Assembly: GCA_044376155.1 (NCBI GenBank)
Contig: JBILLI010000003.1
Coordinates: 1-37,363, forward strand
Reading direction: 5' to 3'
From: Polyangiales bacterium
GTDB taxonomy: Bacteria; Myxococcota_A; Polyangia; Polyangiales; Ga0077539
DNA: 37,363 bases
Shown here in pieces: positions 9,021 through 17,551 of the stretch. The position numbers and the translations under genes are program-made. The notes beneath the pieces are model-generated. The model was not told where the DNA came from, did not search any database, and saw only the letters and a list, made by a program, of their open reading frames with translations. The stretch's first letter is position 1. Each line of letters starts with the position of its first letter.

Positions 9021-9836
9021 ATGAGCGACACCCTGCTGCCCTGCGATTCCTGTCACCGTCACCTCCGCGCGGGCACGTCGCAGTGCCCCTTCTGCGACGC
9101 GGCGGTCCGTCCGTCTGCGGCCGTGGCGGCGCTGTGTCTGGGCGCGGCGCTCGCGGCTTCCCTGGCGGCCCCATCCGAGGCCCTGGCGCAGTCGCCGCGG
9201 ATCCTCCTCGCGCAGGCGCCGGCCGCGGCCTACGGCGCGCCGCCCGTCGTCGACCCGCTGCTGCCGGGTGCCATCTACGAGCGGCGTCCCGGGGCGATCG
9301 TTCGCCCTCCCACGATCACCGTGCAGGTGCGGGACGTGGAGCTCCGCGGAGAGGTCGACCCTGCGGCCGCGCGTCGGGCGTTGCTGTCGGCGTCGTCGTC
9401 GCTCCGTCGCTGCGCGGACCTCGCGCGGCGGGAGGGGGTGTCGTCGATTCGCGCGCAGGTGGAGGTCTCGCCGCAGGGGCGGGTGACGGTGCGCGAGGTC
9501 GAGGGTGTGTCGCCGCGCGTACAGGCGTGTGTCGCGCCCACGCTCCGGCGGATGAACCTCGGGCGCACCCGGGGAACGGTCTCGGCCACGATCTCGCTGC
9601 GGGTGGGGGTGGGCGCGCCGCCGAATGGTCCCGCGTGCCCGGGGCCGAACCCCGCGGGGTGTCGCGAGACGGGCTGCGGCCCGGGGATGGTGTGTGACAC
9701 CCGGGCGGCGTGCCGTCCGTCGAGCTGCGCGTGCACGGCCAACGGCTGGACCTGCACCTCGGACTGCGGCGGCGGGGTGTGTCGCCCGGCGAACCTCCCG
9801 CGCCCGCGCCCTCGCCCGCTGCCCGTCACGGAGTGA
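9021..9836 (+). CDS. Cys-rich hypothetical protein (N-terminal CxxC...CPFC, possible AgmX/PglI C-terminal-like domain, Cys-rich tail)
   Basis: GAGGAG RBS before ATG 9021. PCDSCHRH...QCPFC, a hydrophobic segment, AYGAPP, GEVDPAAARRAL...LRRC, and a 10-Cys C-terminus. Confidence 0.7.
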   Translation: MSDTLLPCDSCHRHLRAGTSQCPFCDAAVRPSAAVAALCLGAALAASLAAPSEALAQSPRILLAQAPAAAYGAPPVVDPLLPGAIYERRPGAIVRPPTITVQVRDVELRGEVDPAAARRALLSASSSLRRCADLARREGVSSIRAQVEVSPQGRVTVREVEGVSPRVQACVAPTLRRMNLGRTRGTVSATISLRVGVGAPPNGPACPGPNPAGCRETGCGPGMVCDTRAACRPSSCACTANGWTCTSDCGGGVCRPANLPRPRPRPLPVTE

Positions 9837-9845
9837 GCGCGACGC

Positions 9846-10952
9846 TCAGGGGTGCAGCACACACCCGCCCGTGACCTCACCCGACCACCTGGCGCGCAGG
9901 GCTTCTTGAAACGCCTCCATCGGATAGGTGTGCGACACCAGCGGCGTGAGCCGCCCCTCGTTGGCCCACGCGAGCACCTGCGCGAGGCGCGGCGCGCGGG
10001 AGCTCGGGTCCATCGCGGTGGAGATCGCCGTGGGGCACCCGAGCACATCAAGGCTCTTCATCATCATGAGGTTCGTGGGCAGGAGGTTGGCGTTGGGCGC
10101 GCCGCGCTCCCCTCGCCCGCGCGCCACGAGGGGCGTCGCCGCCCAGCCCACGATGAGAAAGCGCGCGCCGAAGCGCACGCAGCGCAGGGCCTCCAACGAG
10201 AGCTCGCCGCCCACGGCGTCGTAGACGACATCCACCCCGCGTCCGTCGGTGAGGGACTTCACCGCGTCGCGCAACGAGCGCGGGTCGCCGTCGGGTCCGC
10301 GCAGGGCGACGGTGTGGTCGACCCCGAGGGCCTGGAGCCTCGCGAGCTTCTCGGCCGAGCGCCCCGCGGCGATGACCGTGGCGCCCAGGAGCTTCGCCAC
10401 CTGCACCGCGGCGCACCCCGTGGCGCCCGTGGCCCCGAGGATCAACACGGTCTCGCCCGCGCACAATCGCCCGCGGGTGACGAGGCAGTGGTAGGCCGTC
10501 TCGTAGCTTCCGAGCAGCGCGGCGGACTGGTCCAGGGAGAGGGGCGCGGGCAGCGGGATCAGCGCGTCGGCGGGCGCCACCACCCAGGTCGCGAATCCGC
10601 CCCAGCGCTGGTACGCGCCGAGTGACCTCGGGCCCACGCGAAACGCATCGACGAGCACCCGGTCGCCCACGGCGACCCCCGTCGCCTCGGGGGTGAGAGA
10701 CACCACCTCGCCCGCGCACTCCAGCCCCGGGGTGTAGGGCGGCGGGGCCATGTGCTGGTACTGCCCGCTGGACATCAACAGGTCGACCCACCCCACCGCC
10801 GCGGCGCGCACGCGCACCACGACGTCACCCGGGGAGAGCTCCGCGGGGGAAGGGAAGTCCATGGGCTGCAAGGACATCGACGCGACGCCGTCGAGGGGAT
10901 TCTCGGCGTAGGCGGGGACAACGACGCGGCGGCCGGGCTCGTGCGAGGGCAT
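9846..10952 (-). CDS. NADPH:quinone oxidoreductase family (MDR superfamily)
   Basis: VVVRVRAAAV, YTPGLECAGEV, GETVLILGATGATG, GRGVDVVYDAVGG. Confidence 0.92.
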   Translation of the reverse strand: MPSHEPGRRVVVPAYAENPLDGVASMSLQPMDFPSPAELSPGDVVVRVRAAAVGWVDLLMSSGQYQHMAPPPYTPGLECAGEVVSLTPEATGVAVGDRVLVDAFRVGPRSLGAYQRWGGFATWVVAPADALIPLPAPLSLDQSAALLGSYETAYHCLVTRGRLCAGETVLILGATGATGCAAVQVAKLLGATVIAAGRSAEKLARLQALGVDHTVALRGPDGDPRSLRDAVKSLTDGRGVDVVYDAVGGELSLEALRCVRFGARFLIVGWAATPLVARGRGERGAPNANLLPTNLMMMKSLDVLGCPTAISTAMDPSSRAPRLAQVLAWANEGRLTPLVSHTYPMEAFQEALRARWSGEVTGGCVLHP

Positions 10953-10973
10953 CGCGCGACGATGCCACAGGGA

Positions 10974-12002
10974 TCAGGCGATGAGCGCGGGGGACTCGCT
11001 CACGGTGTTCTCCCCGCGGGGCACCGGCACGTAGCTCTTCGCGGGGTCGCCGTCGAACCAGCGCACACACACCCGGTCGCGGCCCGCGCGCTTGGCCTCG
11101 TAGAGGGCGTCGTCGGCGAGGGCGAGGCACTGGTCCCGCGTGGGGCGCTGATGCCCCGCGGGGATCACCGCGACGCCGACGCTCACCGTCACCCGGGGCA
11201 CGTCGCCGCCGAGGTCGTGGTCTGACACCGCGCGGCGAAAGCGCTCGCCGATGCGCGCGGCGTTCTCGGGCGTGGCGTGCGACACCGCGAGCAGGAACTC
11301 CTCGCCGCCGTAGCGGGCCACGATGTCTTCGCCGCGGGTGCCCCGGGCGAGCGTCGCCGCCACCTCGCGGATCACCCGGTCGCCCTCGGCGTGGCCGAAG
11401 GTGTCGTTCACGGCCTTGAAGTGATCGATGTCGACCATCATCACCAGCAGCGGTCCGCCCGCGCGGATGAGCCCGTCGAGGCGCTCGTCGGCGGCCCGGC
11501 GGTTCATCAGCTGCGTGAGGGGGTCGAGCATCGCCGCGCGGCGAAAGGTCGCCCGCTGCTGCCGCGCCCAGGCGAGGAGGTAGCGGTCCCGGCGGTTGCG
11601 GATCTGCACGGAGATTCGCGCGCGGAGCTCGTCGAGGCGCCCGTCGGTGAAGACGAAGTCGTCGGCCCCGGCGAGGAGCCCCTGCACCACCGCGTGCTCG
11701 TCGCGGGCGCCGCGGGACAGCAGGATGATCGGCACCTGCCGCGACGCATCGAGGGCCCGGAGCTCCGCGCAGCGGTCGATGCCCTCGGTGCTGGGCGTGC
11801 CCACGTCCAGCAGGATCAGGTCCGGCGGGTCGTTGCACACGAAGGAGAGCAGCCGGGCGTCGCGGGCGTGGATCTCCACGGCGTATCCCTCCGCGGTGAG
11901 CCGCGAGGCCAGGAGGATCACCCTCTCCGGCTCGTTGTCCACGAGGAGCACGCGGGGGGTGTCGATCGGAGACGGAGGGAGGCTGTCGTCGTGGTGCGCC
12001 AT
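10974..12002 (-). CDS. Response regulator-diguanylate cyclase (REC-GGDEF)
   Basis: REC: VLLVDNE and PDLILLD. GGDEF domain: DPLTQLMNRR, DIDHFKAVNDTFGH, I-site RGED and RYGGEEF, ADDALYEAKRAGRD. Start taken at ATG 12002. Confidence 0.93.
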   Translation of the reverse strand: MAHHDDSLPPSPIDTPRVLLVDNEPERVILLASRLTAEGYAVEIHARDARLLSFVCNDPPDLILLDVGTPSTEGIDRCAELRALDASRQVPIILLSRGARDEHAVVQGLLAGADDFVFTDGRLDELRARISVQIRNRRDRYLLAWARQQRATFRRAAMLDPLTQLMNRRAADERLDGLIRAGGPLLVMMVDIDHFKAVNDTFGHAEGDRVIREVAATLARGTRGEDIVARYGGEEFLLAVSHATPENAARIGERFRRAVSDHDLGGDVPRVTVSVGVAVIPAGHQRPTRDQCLALADDALYEAKRAGRDRVCVRWFDGDPAKSYVPVPRGENTVSESPALIA

Positions 12003-12134
12003 GGTGCTGACTGTCGCGAACGGCCACGAAGCGACGGACTTGAACCCGCGACGCGCACGGCGCGTGAGGTGTTCGTTGTCGGCACAGCGCCGTGGGTGCG
12101 CCGCGCGGGACGTGGTACAGCCCTGGGGACCGCC

Positions 12135-12617
12135 ATGGCCCCGCAACGACCCGCCCCGTCGGGCTTCAAGCTCCTGACCGAAAACCGCCGCGCCCTCCAC
12201 CGCTACACCATCGAGGAGCGCCTGGAGGTCGGCGTCGCGCTCATGGGCTCGGAGGTGAAGAGCGCCCGCGCGAACAAGATCGAGCTCGGCGACGCCTACG
12301 GGATCGTGCAGGGCGGCCAGCTCGTGCTGCTCAACGCGTACATCGCCCCGTGGCCCTTCGCGCACATGGTGAAGCACGAGGAGCGTCGCCCCCGCCGCCT
12401 CCTGGCGCACCGCGCGGAGATCGACCGGCTGGAGGGCAAGATCACCCAGCGCGGGTTCACCCTGGTCGCGCTGAAGGCCTACCTCAACGGGGGCAAGATC
12501 AAGATCGAGCTGGGCCTGGGCAAGGGGAAGGAGAACGCCGACCGGCGCGAGGAGATCAAGCGCCGGGAGTCAGACCGCGAGGCGCGCGCCGCCATCGCGC
12601 GAGGGAGCAAGCGGTGA
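12135..12617 (+). CDS. smpB: SsrA-binding protein SmpB
   Basis: ENRRALHRYTIEERLEVGVALMGSEVKS, HEERRPRRLLAHRAEI, KIELGLGKGK and DRREEIKRRE; 160 aa from ATG 12135. Confidence 0.97.
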   Translation: MAPQRPAPSGFKLLTENRRALHRYTIEERLEVGVALMGSEVKSARANKIELGDAYGIVQGGQLVLLNAYIAPWPFAHMVKHEERRPRRLLAHRAEIDRLEGKITQRGFTLVALKAYLNGGKIKIELGLGKGKENADRREEIKRRESDREARAAIARGSKR

Positions 12618-13675
12618 TGCGCGAAGTGCCCGAGGACGTCCTCGCCCGGTGGCCGTCGATGCGCGGGGCGGTGTCCCGGCGCTATGGCACGGGGCTCATC
12701 AACGAGACCTTTCTGGTCGAGCACCCCACCGGGGGTCGCGCGGTGGTGCAGCGGATGCACCCGATGTTCGCCCCCGAGGTGAACCTCGACATCGACGCCG
12801 TGACCTCGCACCTCGCGCGCCTCGGGGTCACCACACCCCGGCTCGTGCCCACCGACACCGGCGCCCTCTGGACCCTGCGCGACGACGGCGACGGCCCCCG
12901 GGCCTGGCGCGCGCTCTCGTGGGTCGAGCACGCGCGGGTCTACGACAAGGTCCGCTCCGAGGCCGTGGCCCGCAGCGGGGCGGCGATGGTGGGCACCTTT
13001 CACCGCGCCATGGGGAGCTTCGACGGCGCCTACCGCGCGACGCGCAAGGGCGTGCACGACACCCCGCAACACCTCCGCAACCTCACCGCGGCCCTCGCGG
13101 AGCACCCCACACACCGACTGTACGCGCCCGCCGCGCGCCTCGCGGAGGACGTGCTGCGCGGCGCCGCAGCGTTGGAGATGGTCCCGGCGATGCGGGCTCG
13201 GCACTCGCACGGCGACCTCAAGATCAGCAACCTGCTCTTCGACGCCGACGACCGCTGCGTGTGCCTCGTGGACCTCGACTCGGTGTCGCAGATGCCACTC
13301 CCCCTGGAGCTCGGCGACGCGATGCGCTCGTGGTGCAACCCCGCGGGCGAAGACGCCTCGGCCACGGAGGTCGACCTCGCGGTGTTCTCCGCGCTGGTGC
13401 AGGGCTACGCCTCCACCACCCGCGGGGACGTGCTCGCCGAGGAGCGCGACGCGCTGGTCACGGGCTTCGCGCAGATCGCGCTGGAGCTCACCGCGCGCTT
13501 CCTCGCCGACGCCCTCAACGAGCGGTACTTCGGGTGGGACGCGACGCGCTTCGCCACCCGCGGGGAGCACAACCTCCTGCGCGCGCGCGGGCAGTGGGCG
13601 CTGCACGAGGCCGTGATGCGCGCCCGCCCGACCCTCGACCGCGCCGTGCGCGACGCCTTCGCGGAGGCTCCGTGA
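12617..13675 (+). CDS. Aminoglycoside phosphotransferase (APH)-fold kinase, N-acetylhexosamine kinase-like
   Basis: GTGLINETF, HGDLKISNLLF, LVDLD, ELGDAMRSWCN, RFLADALNERYF. TGATG coupling to smpB. Confidence 0.88.
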   Translation: MREVPEDVLARWPSMRGAVSRRYGTGLINETFLVEHPTGGRAVVQRMHPMFAPEVNLDIDAVTSHLARLGVTTPRLVPTDTGALWTLRDDGDGPRAWRALSWVEHARVYDKVRSEAVARSGAAMVGTFHRAMGSFDGAYRATRKGVHDTPQHLRNLTAALAEHPTHRLYAPAARLAEDVLRGAAALEMVPAMRARHSHGDLKISNLLFDADDRCVCLVDLDSVSQMPLPLELGDAMRSWCNPAGEDASATEVDLAVFSALVQGYASTTRGDVLAEERDALVTGFAQIALELTARFLADALNERYFGWDATRFATRGEHNLLRARGQWALHEAVMRARPTLDRAVRDAFAEAP

Positions 13676-13935
13676 GCGGGGCGGTGACGTGGTCCCTGGG
13701 CGGTGATGCGGTGGTGCTGACGGTGCAGGGGGACGTGCTCTCGCTGCGATCGTCGCGGGCCTTTCCGCCCGGGGCGCCCGCGGCAGGCACGCTCGCGGGG
13801 GAGGTCGCCATCGCGCTCACCCTCAAGGTCGCGGGGAGCCGACGCGAGGACGACGGGCGCTTCGTGGTGCGCGGACGTCTCGTGAGCCCGACGGTGGCCC
13901 TCCGCGCGGCGCTCGCGGCGCTCCCGTTGGGCTGA
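13672..13935 (+). CDS. Small hypothetical protein, possibly a PilZ-like beta-barrel
   Basis: GTG overlapping the upstream stop (GTGA). 87 aa, beta-rich (LSLRSSRAFPPG...LTLKV...FVVRGRL). The fold is a guess. Confidence 0.6.
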   Translation: MSGAVTWSLGGDAVVLTVQGDVLSLRSSRAFPPGAPAAGTLAGEVAIALTLKVAGSRREDDGRFVVRGRLVSPTVALRAALAALPLG

Positions 13936-13973
13936 GCACGCAACCTCCGGGGGGATGTTCCCGAGTCCCGGGG

Positions 13974-14621
13974 ATGATCCTGCGACCGTCTGCGTGGCTG
14001 CCCTCGTTCCTCGACCTCATCGCCCCGCGGCGCTGCGCGGCGTGCGACGCGCCCAACCCCGTCGGTGCGCTGTGCGCGCTCTGCGCCGAGGGCACCGTCG
14101 CCGTCGAAGAGACGCCCGAGGACGTGCGCGCGGTGTTCCTCCACGGCGGCCCCATCGCGGCGGCGATCCACCGCGCGAAGTACCACCCCGACCCCTCGGT
14201 CGCCCGCGCGCTGGGCGTGGAATTGAGGCCCATCGCGGTCCCTGACGGTGCGCTGGTCGTTCCGATCCCCTTGCACCCCAGGCGCTTCGTCGCGCGGGGG
14301 TTCAACCAGTCCGGGGAGCTCGCGCGGGGCTGGCTCGGCGCGGGGCGGGTCTGTCACGGCGTGCTCGCGCGGGCGAGAGACACCCCCACGCAGACCGCGC
14401 TGCACCGCGACGCGCGGCGCGAGAACGTGCGGGGCGCGTTCGTGGTGTGTGCCCCCGCGCGGGTGCAGGGGCGCGCGGTGGTGGTGGTCGACGACGTGGT
14501 CACGACGGGCGCGACGCTCGCCGAGGCCATGGCCTGTGTGCGCGCGGCGGGCGCGGCGACGGTGATGGGGGTCGCGCTGGCCTCGGCCGCGCTGCGGAAC
14601 AAGGCGGTCAGCGGAGGGTGA
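13974..14621 (+). CDS. comF: ComF-family phosphoribosyltransferase with double zinc ribbon
   Basis: CAAC...LCALC, VPIPLH...RGFNQS, RRENVRGAF, VVVDDVVTTGATL. Confidence 0.9.
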   Translation: MILRPSAWLPSFLDLIAPRRCAACDAPNPVGALCALCAEGTVAVEETPEDVRAVFLHGGPIAAAIHRAKYHPDPSVARALGVELRPIAVPDGALVVPIPLHPRRFVARGFNQSGELARGWLGAGRVCHGVLARARDTPTQTALHRDARRENVRGAFVVCAPARVQGRAVVVVDDVVTTGATLAEAMACVRAAGAATVMGVALASAALRNKAVSGG

Positions 14622-15783
14622 GCACGCCCTCGCGCACGAGGCGGCGCACGAGCACGAGGCGGCCGGCGTCATCGAGGCCCGGGAGGTCGGAGATGCGCAG
14701 GGGCTCCCCGCGGAGGCACGCGCGCAGGGCGTCGCGGGCGGCGGCGGGGAAGGTGATCTCGCTGCCGTAGAGCATCAGGGAGACGCCGTCGGCGGTGTCC
14801 TTGAGGCGGAAGAGGAGCGACGGGCGGGTGATCACCTCGCGATCGAGGGTGAGCCCATCGAGCTGGCGGACCTGCTCGATCTGCCCCGGGAGGATCGGGT
14901 GTCGCGTGCCGATGAGCTCCTCGGCGAAGTGGTCCAGGACGTCGTCGAAGGTGGCCTCTTCGGCGAAGCGGCGGAGCAGCGCGCGGAAGCGCTCGCGGGC
15001 CTCGGCGCGGTCGAAGCCCTCGCGGGCGAAGCCCGGGGGCATCCCGTGGCGCATCTCGGTGTCGCGCAGGCCGAAGCGCGCGAGGCTCTCGGCGATGAGG
15101 TCGGTCCACGAGGTGTGCAGCACGCCGAGGGTGATGTGCAGGGAGTCTTCGCCGTCGACGTTGCGCGCGTCGTGCAGCACCCCGCGGGGGATGTACGCGA
15201 GGTCGCCCGGCCCGAGGGTGAAGGTCTGCGTGACCTCACCCACGGGGACCTCGCGGGGGTGGAACTCCTGGCGGCGAAAGGGCAGGGCCACGGGGGTGTC
15301 GTAGAGGGTCCAGAGCTTCTTGCCCTGCACCTGCAGCGCGAACACGTCGTGGGAGTCGTAGTGCGTCTGAAAGCCCTGGGCGTTGCCCGGCGTGCGGTAG
15401 ACGTTGGTCTGAAAGCGCACGCTGAGCTCGGCCTCCATCGCGCGGCAGAGCGCCGCGAGGGGCGCGAGGGCGCCCTCGAGCCCCGCGAAGATCATGGTCG
15501 CGCCCTCGGCGAAATGCTGGGCGGCGCGGGCGTTGTCGATGAGCCCCGAGGCGTAGGTGTAGTCCCCCGGGCCCATCTTGCGGTTGGCGTCGGTGAGGCT
15601 CACCGCGGGGTGCATCGCGTTGCGACCGAAGACGTGGGTGTCGAGGTCGGCGACGGAGAGCAGCTCGGCGTAGCGCGCGGGGTCGCCAGGGTGCAGCACC
15701 AACGGCGCGCGCTCCCAGTGGTCACGAAAGAAGGTGGCGTGCGCGTCGCCCAGGAGGCGCGCGAGGTTCCAGGGGTTCGACAT
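14608..15783 (-). CDS. JmjC/Cupin_4 2-oxoglutarate-Fe(II) oxygenase, ROX (YcfD/NO66/MINA53)-type
   Basis: FFRDHWERAPL, NVYRTP..QGFQTHYDSHDVFALQVQGKKLW (HxD plus 2OG Lys), LGPGDLAYIPRGVLH (distal His), SLHITLG, and a C-terminal winged-helix-like LVRRLVREGVL. Confidence 0.92.
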   Translation of the reverse strand: MSNPWNLARLLGDAHATFFRDHWERAPLVLHPGDPARYAELLSVADLDTHVFGRNAMHPAVSLTDANRKMGPGDYTYASGLIDNARAAQHFAEGATMIFAGLEGALAPLAALCRAMEAELSVRFQTNVYRTPGNAQGFQTHYDSHDVFALQVQGKKLWTLYDTPVALPFRRQEFHPREVPVGEVTQTFTLGPGDLAYIPRGVLHDARNVDGEDSLHITLGVLHTSWTDLIAESLARFGLRDTEMRHGMPPGFAREGFDRAEARERFRALLRRFAEEATFDDVLDHFAEELIGTRHPILPGQIEQVRQLDGLTLDREVITRPSLLFRLKDTADGVSLMLYGSEITFPAAARDALRACLRGEPLRISDLPGLDDAGRLVLVRRLVREGVLTLR

Positions 15784-15829
15784 GGCGGGTGTGGATCTCT
15801 GACGGTGGGGGAGAAGGTGGAGCGCGCGA

Positions 15830-16372
15830 TCAGCGGTGACCGCGGCCGCCGCCGACGGGGTCGGACCAGCTGCCCGAGTCGCCGTCGGTGAGGCCCGTGT
15901 TCATCAGGCGCGCGGTGCCGCGGCCGTTGCCCACGGGGTCAGACCAGCTGCCCGAGTCGCCGTCGGTGGCGCCCGTCGCGCCGCCGCGGCCGAAGTGACC
16001 GCGGCCCTGACCGATGGGGTCAGAGATCTGCCCCGAGTCGCTGTCGGTGAGGCCCGTGTTCATCCCGCGGAGGCCGCCGCGGCCGCCGCCCACCGGGTCG
16101 GCCCACTGGCCACCGTCGCTGTCGGTGGGGCCGGCCTGACCGCCGCCCTGCACGACCATCGCCTGCGGCTGCGCCATGACCTGCGGCTGCGCCACGACCT
16201 GCGGCTGCTGCGTGGTGACGGTGCACCCCGTTAGCACCTGCGAGGCGGCGCCGAGGGTGGTGACGCCGATGACCGCGAGCGCCGTGCGGCGGCTGGGATC
16301 GTCGTCGCGGGTCTTGATCTGAGCGTCGCTGAGCGTCGGCTCGTTGAGGTGGGAGGGGTTTTTCTCAGACAT
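15830..16372 (-). CDS. Putative Tat-exported lipoprotein or precursor with four Asp/Gly-rich repeats
   Basis: AAGGAG RBS. SRRTAL twin-Arg motif, hydrophobic stretch and LTGC lipobox (Cys50), then three QPQxxx repeats and four TD(S/G)D(S/G)GxxxDP(V/I)GxGRG repeats. Confidence 0.85.
   Translation of the reverse strand: MSEKNPSHLNEPTLSDAQIKTRDDDPSRRTALAVIGVTTLGAASQVLTGCTVTTQQPQVVAQPQVMAQPQAMVVQGGGQAGPTDSDGGQWADPVGGGRGGLRGMNTGLTDSDSGQISDPIGQGRGHFGRGGATGATDGDSGSWSDPVGNGRGTARLMNTGLTDGDSGSWSDPVGGGRGHR
15839..16126 (-). repeat. Intragenic tandem repeat, four units with ~78-81 nt period
   Basis: Units start at aa 83, 109, 136 and 162. Units 2 and 4 are both preceded by MNTGL. gaccagctgcccgagtcgccgtcggtg occurs in units 3 and 4. 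Confidence 0.9.
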
Positions 16373-16522
16373 GGTGCGATATCGCTCCTTTGGGGGGAAG
16401 AACGCCGGGCCACACTCCGTGGCCCACGAATGCTACGCGCCGCGTGCACCCGGTCCTTCACCTGCCACGATATCTGAGTTTGTTGTTTCGCGAGAAGGCC
16501 CGTCGAGTACGGTTCTGCTTCG

Positions 16523-17551
16523 TCAGCGTTCGAGGGCCCGCGCGCCGATGGCCTTGCGCACGAAGAGGTCCTCCAGGGTCTCGCGCCGGGGCGTCACGCT
16601 CCCGACGGAGGCGCCGCTCTCCAGCGCTGCCTTCAAGACGTCGGTCACGCCGGCCTCGCCCTGCACCGTCACCAGCACGCGGCCGTTGAGCGAGCCCAGG
16701 GTCACCTGCGGGATCACTTGCAGGCGCGCGCGCAGCGGCTCGCCCACGGCGTCGAGCTCGATCTCCACCGCGCGGATCTCCTTGCGCAGCAGGGTGTCGA
16801 GCGAGCCGTAGGCCGCCATCTCGCCGCGGTTCACGATGGCGAGGCGGTCGCAGAGCATCTCCACGTCGGAGAGGATGTGCGAGCTGAACATCACCGTGCG
16901 GCCGAGGGCGCGCTCTTCGAGGATGAGGTCGCGCACCTCCTTGCGGCCGATGGGGTCGAGCCCCGTCATGGGCTCGTCGAGGATCAAGAGGTCGGGATCG
17001 CCCATGAGCGCCTGCGCGAGGCCGGTGCGCTGGAGCATGCCCTTGGAGAACTTCCGAATGGGCCGGTCCATCACCGACCCGAGGCCCACGCGTCGCAGGA
17101 GCTCCTCGGCGCGTCGGCCCCGCTCGGGCTCGCGCATGCCCACGAGTCGACCCGCGAGGTCCATGATCTCGCGGGCCGAGAGGTACTGGTAGAGGTAGGG
17201 GTTCTCGGGGAGAAAGCCCACGCGTCGGCGCGCGGCGGGGTCGGTGACGGGTCGCCCGAAGAGCTTCACCTCGCCCGCCGACGGGAAGATCAGCCCGAGC
17301 AGGGTCTTGATCGTCGTGGTCTTGCCCGCGCCGTTGGGCCCGAGGAACCCGAAGATCTCTCCCTGTCGCACCTCGAAGGAGATGCCGCGCACGGCCTCGA
17401 CCATCTTGTGCAGCTTCTCGCCCCAGGGGTACTTCGCCGCGGTGCGCTCGAGCCACCCGGGCGGCGCGCCCAGGGCCCGGGGGGTCGTGCGAATGAGCCC
17501 GGTGGAGAACACCTTCACCAGCCCGTTGACCTCGACCACCACCTCGCTCAT
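16523..17551 (-). CDS. ABC transporter ATP-binding protein
   Basis: Walker A GPNGAGKTT, signature FSKGM, Walker B LILDEP, H-loop SSHIL. ATGA-coupled to the upstream aminotransferase. Confidence 0.95.
   Translation of the reverse strand: MSEVVVEVNGLVKVFSTGLIRTTPRALGAPPGWLERTAAKYPWGEKLHKMVEAVRGISFEVRQGEIFGFLGPNGAGKTTTIKTLLGLIFPSAGEVKLFGRPVTDPAARRRVGFLPENPYLYQYLSAREIMDLAGRLVGMREPERGRRAEELLRRVGLGSVMDRPIRKFSKGMLQRTGLAQALMGDPDLLILDEPMTGLDPIGRKEVRDLILEERALGRTVMFSSHILSDVEMLCDRLAIVNRGEMAAYGSLDTLLRKEIRAVEIELDAVGEPLRARLQVIPQVTLGSLNGRVLVTVQGEAGVTDVLKAALESGASVGSVTPRRETLEDLFVRKAIGARALER

Noticed and set aside
12003-12134. Possible tmRNA (ssrA) beside smpB
   Set aside because: The gap is too short and no tRNA-like ends or tag ORF are visible.
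15839-16126. Regularly spaced repeats considered as a possible CRISPR array
   Set aside because: Repeats vary at synonymous positions, keep the reading frame, and no cas genes are present. This is a coding repeat.
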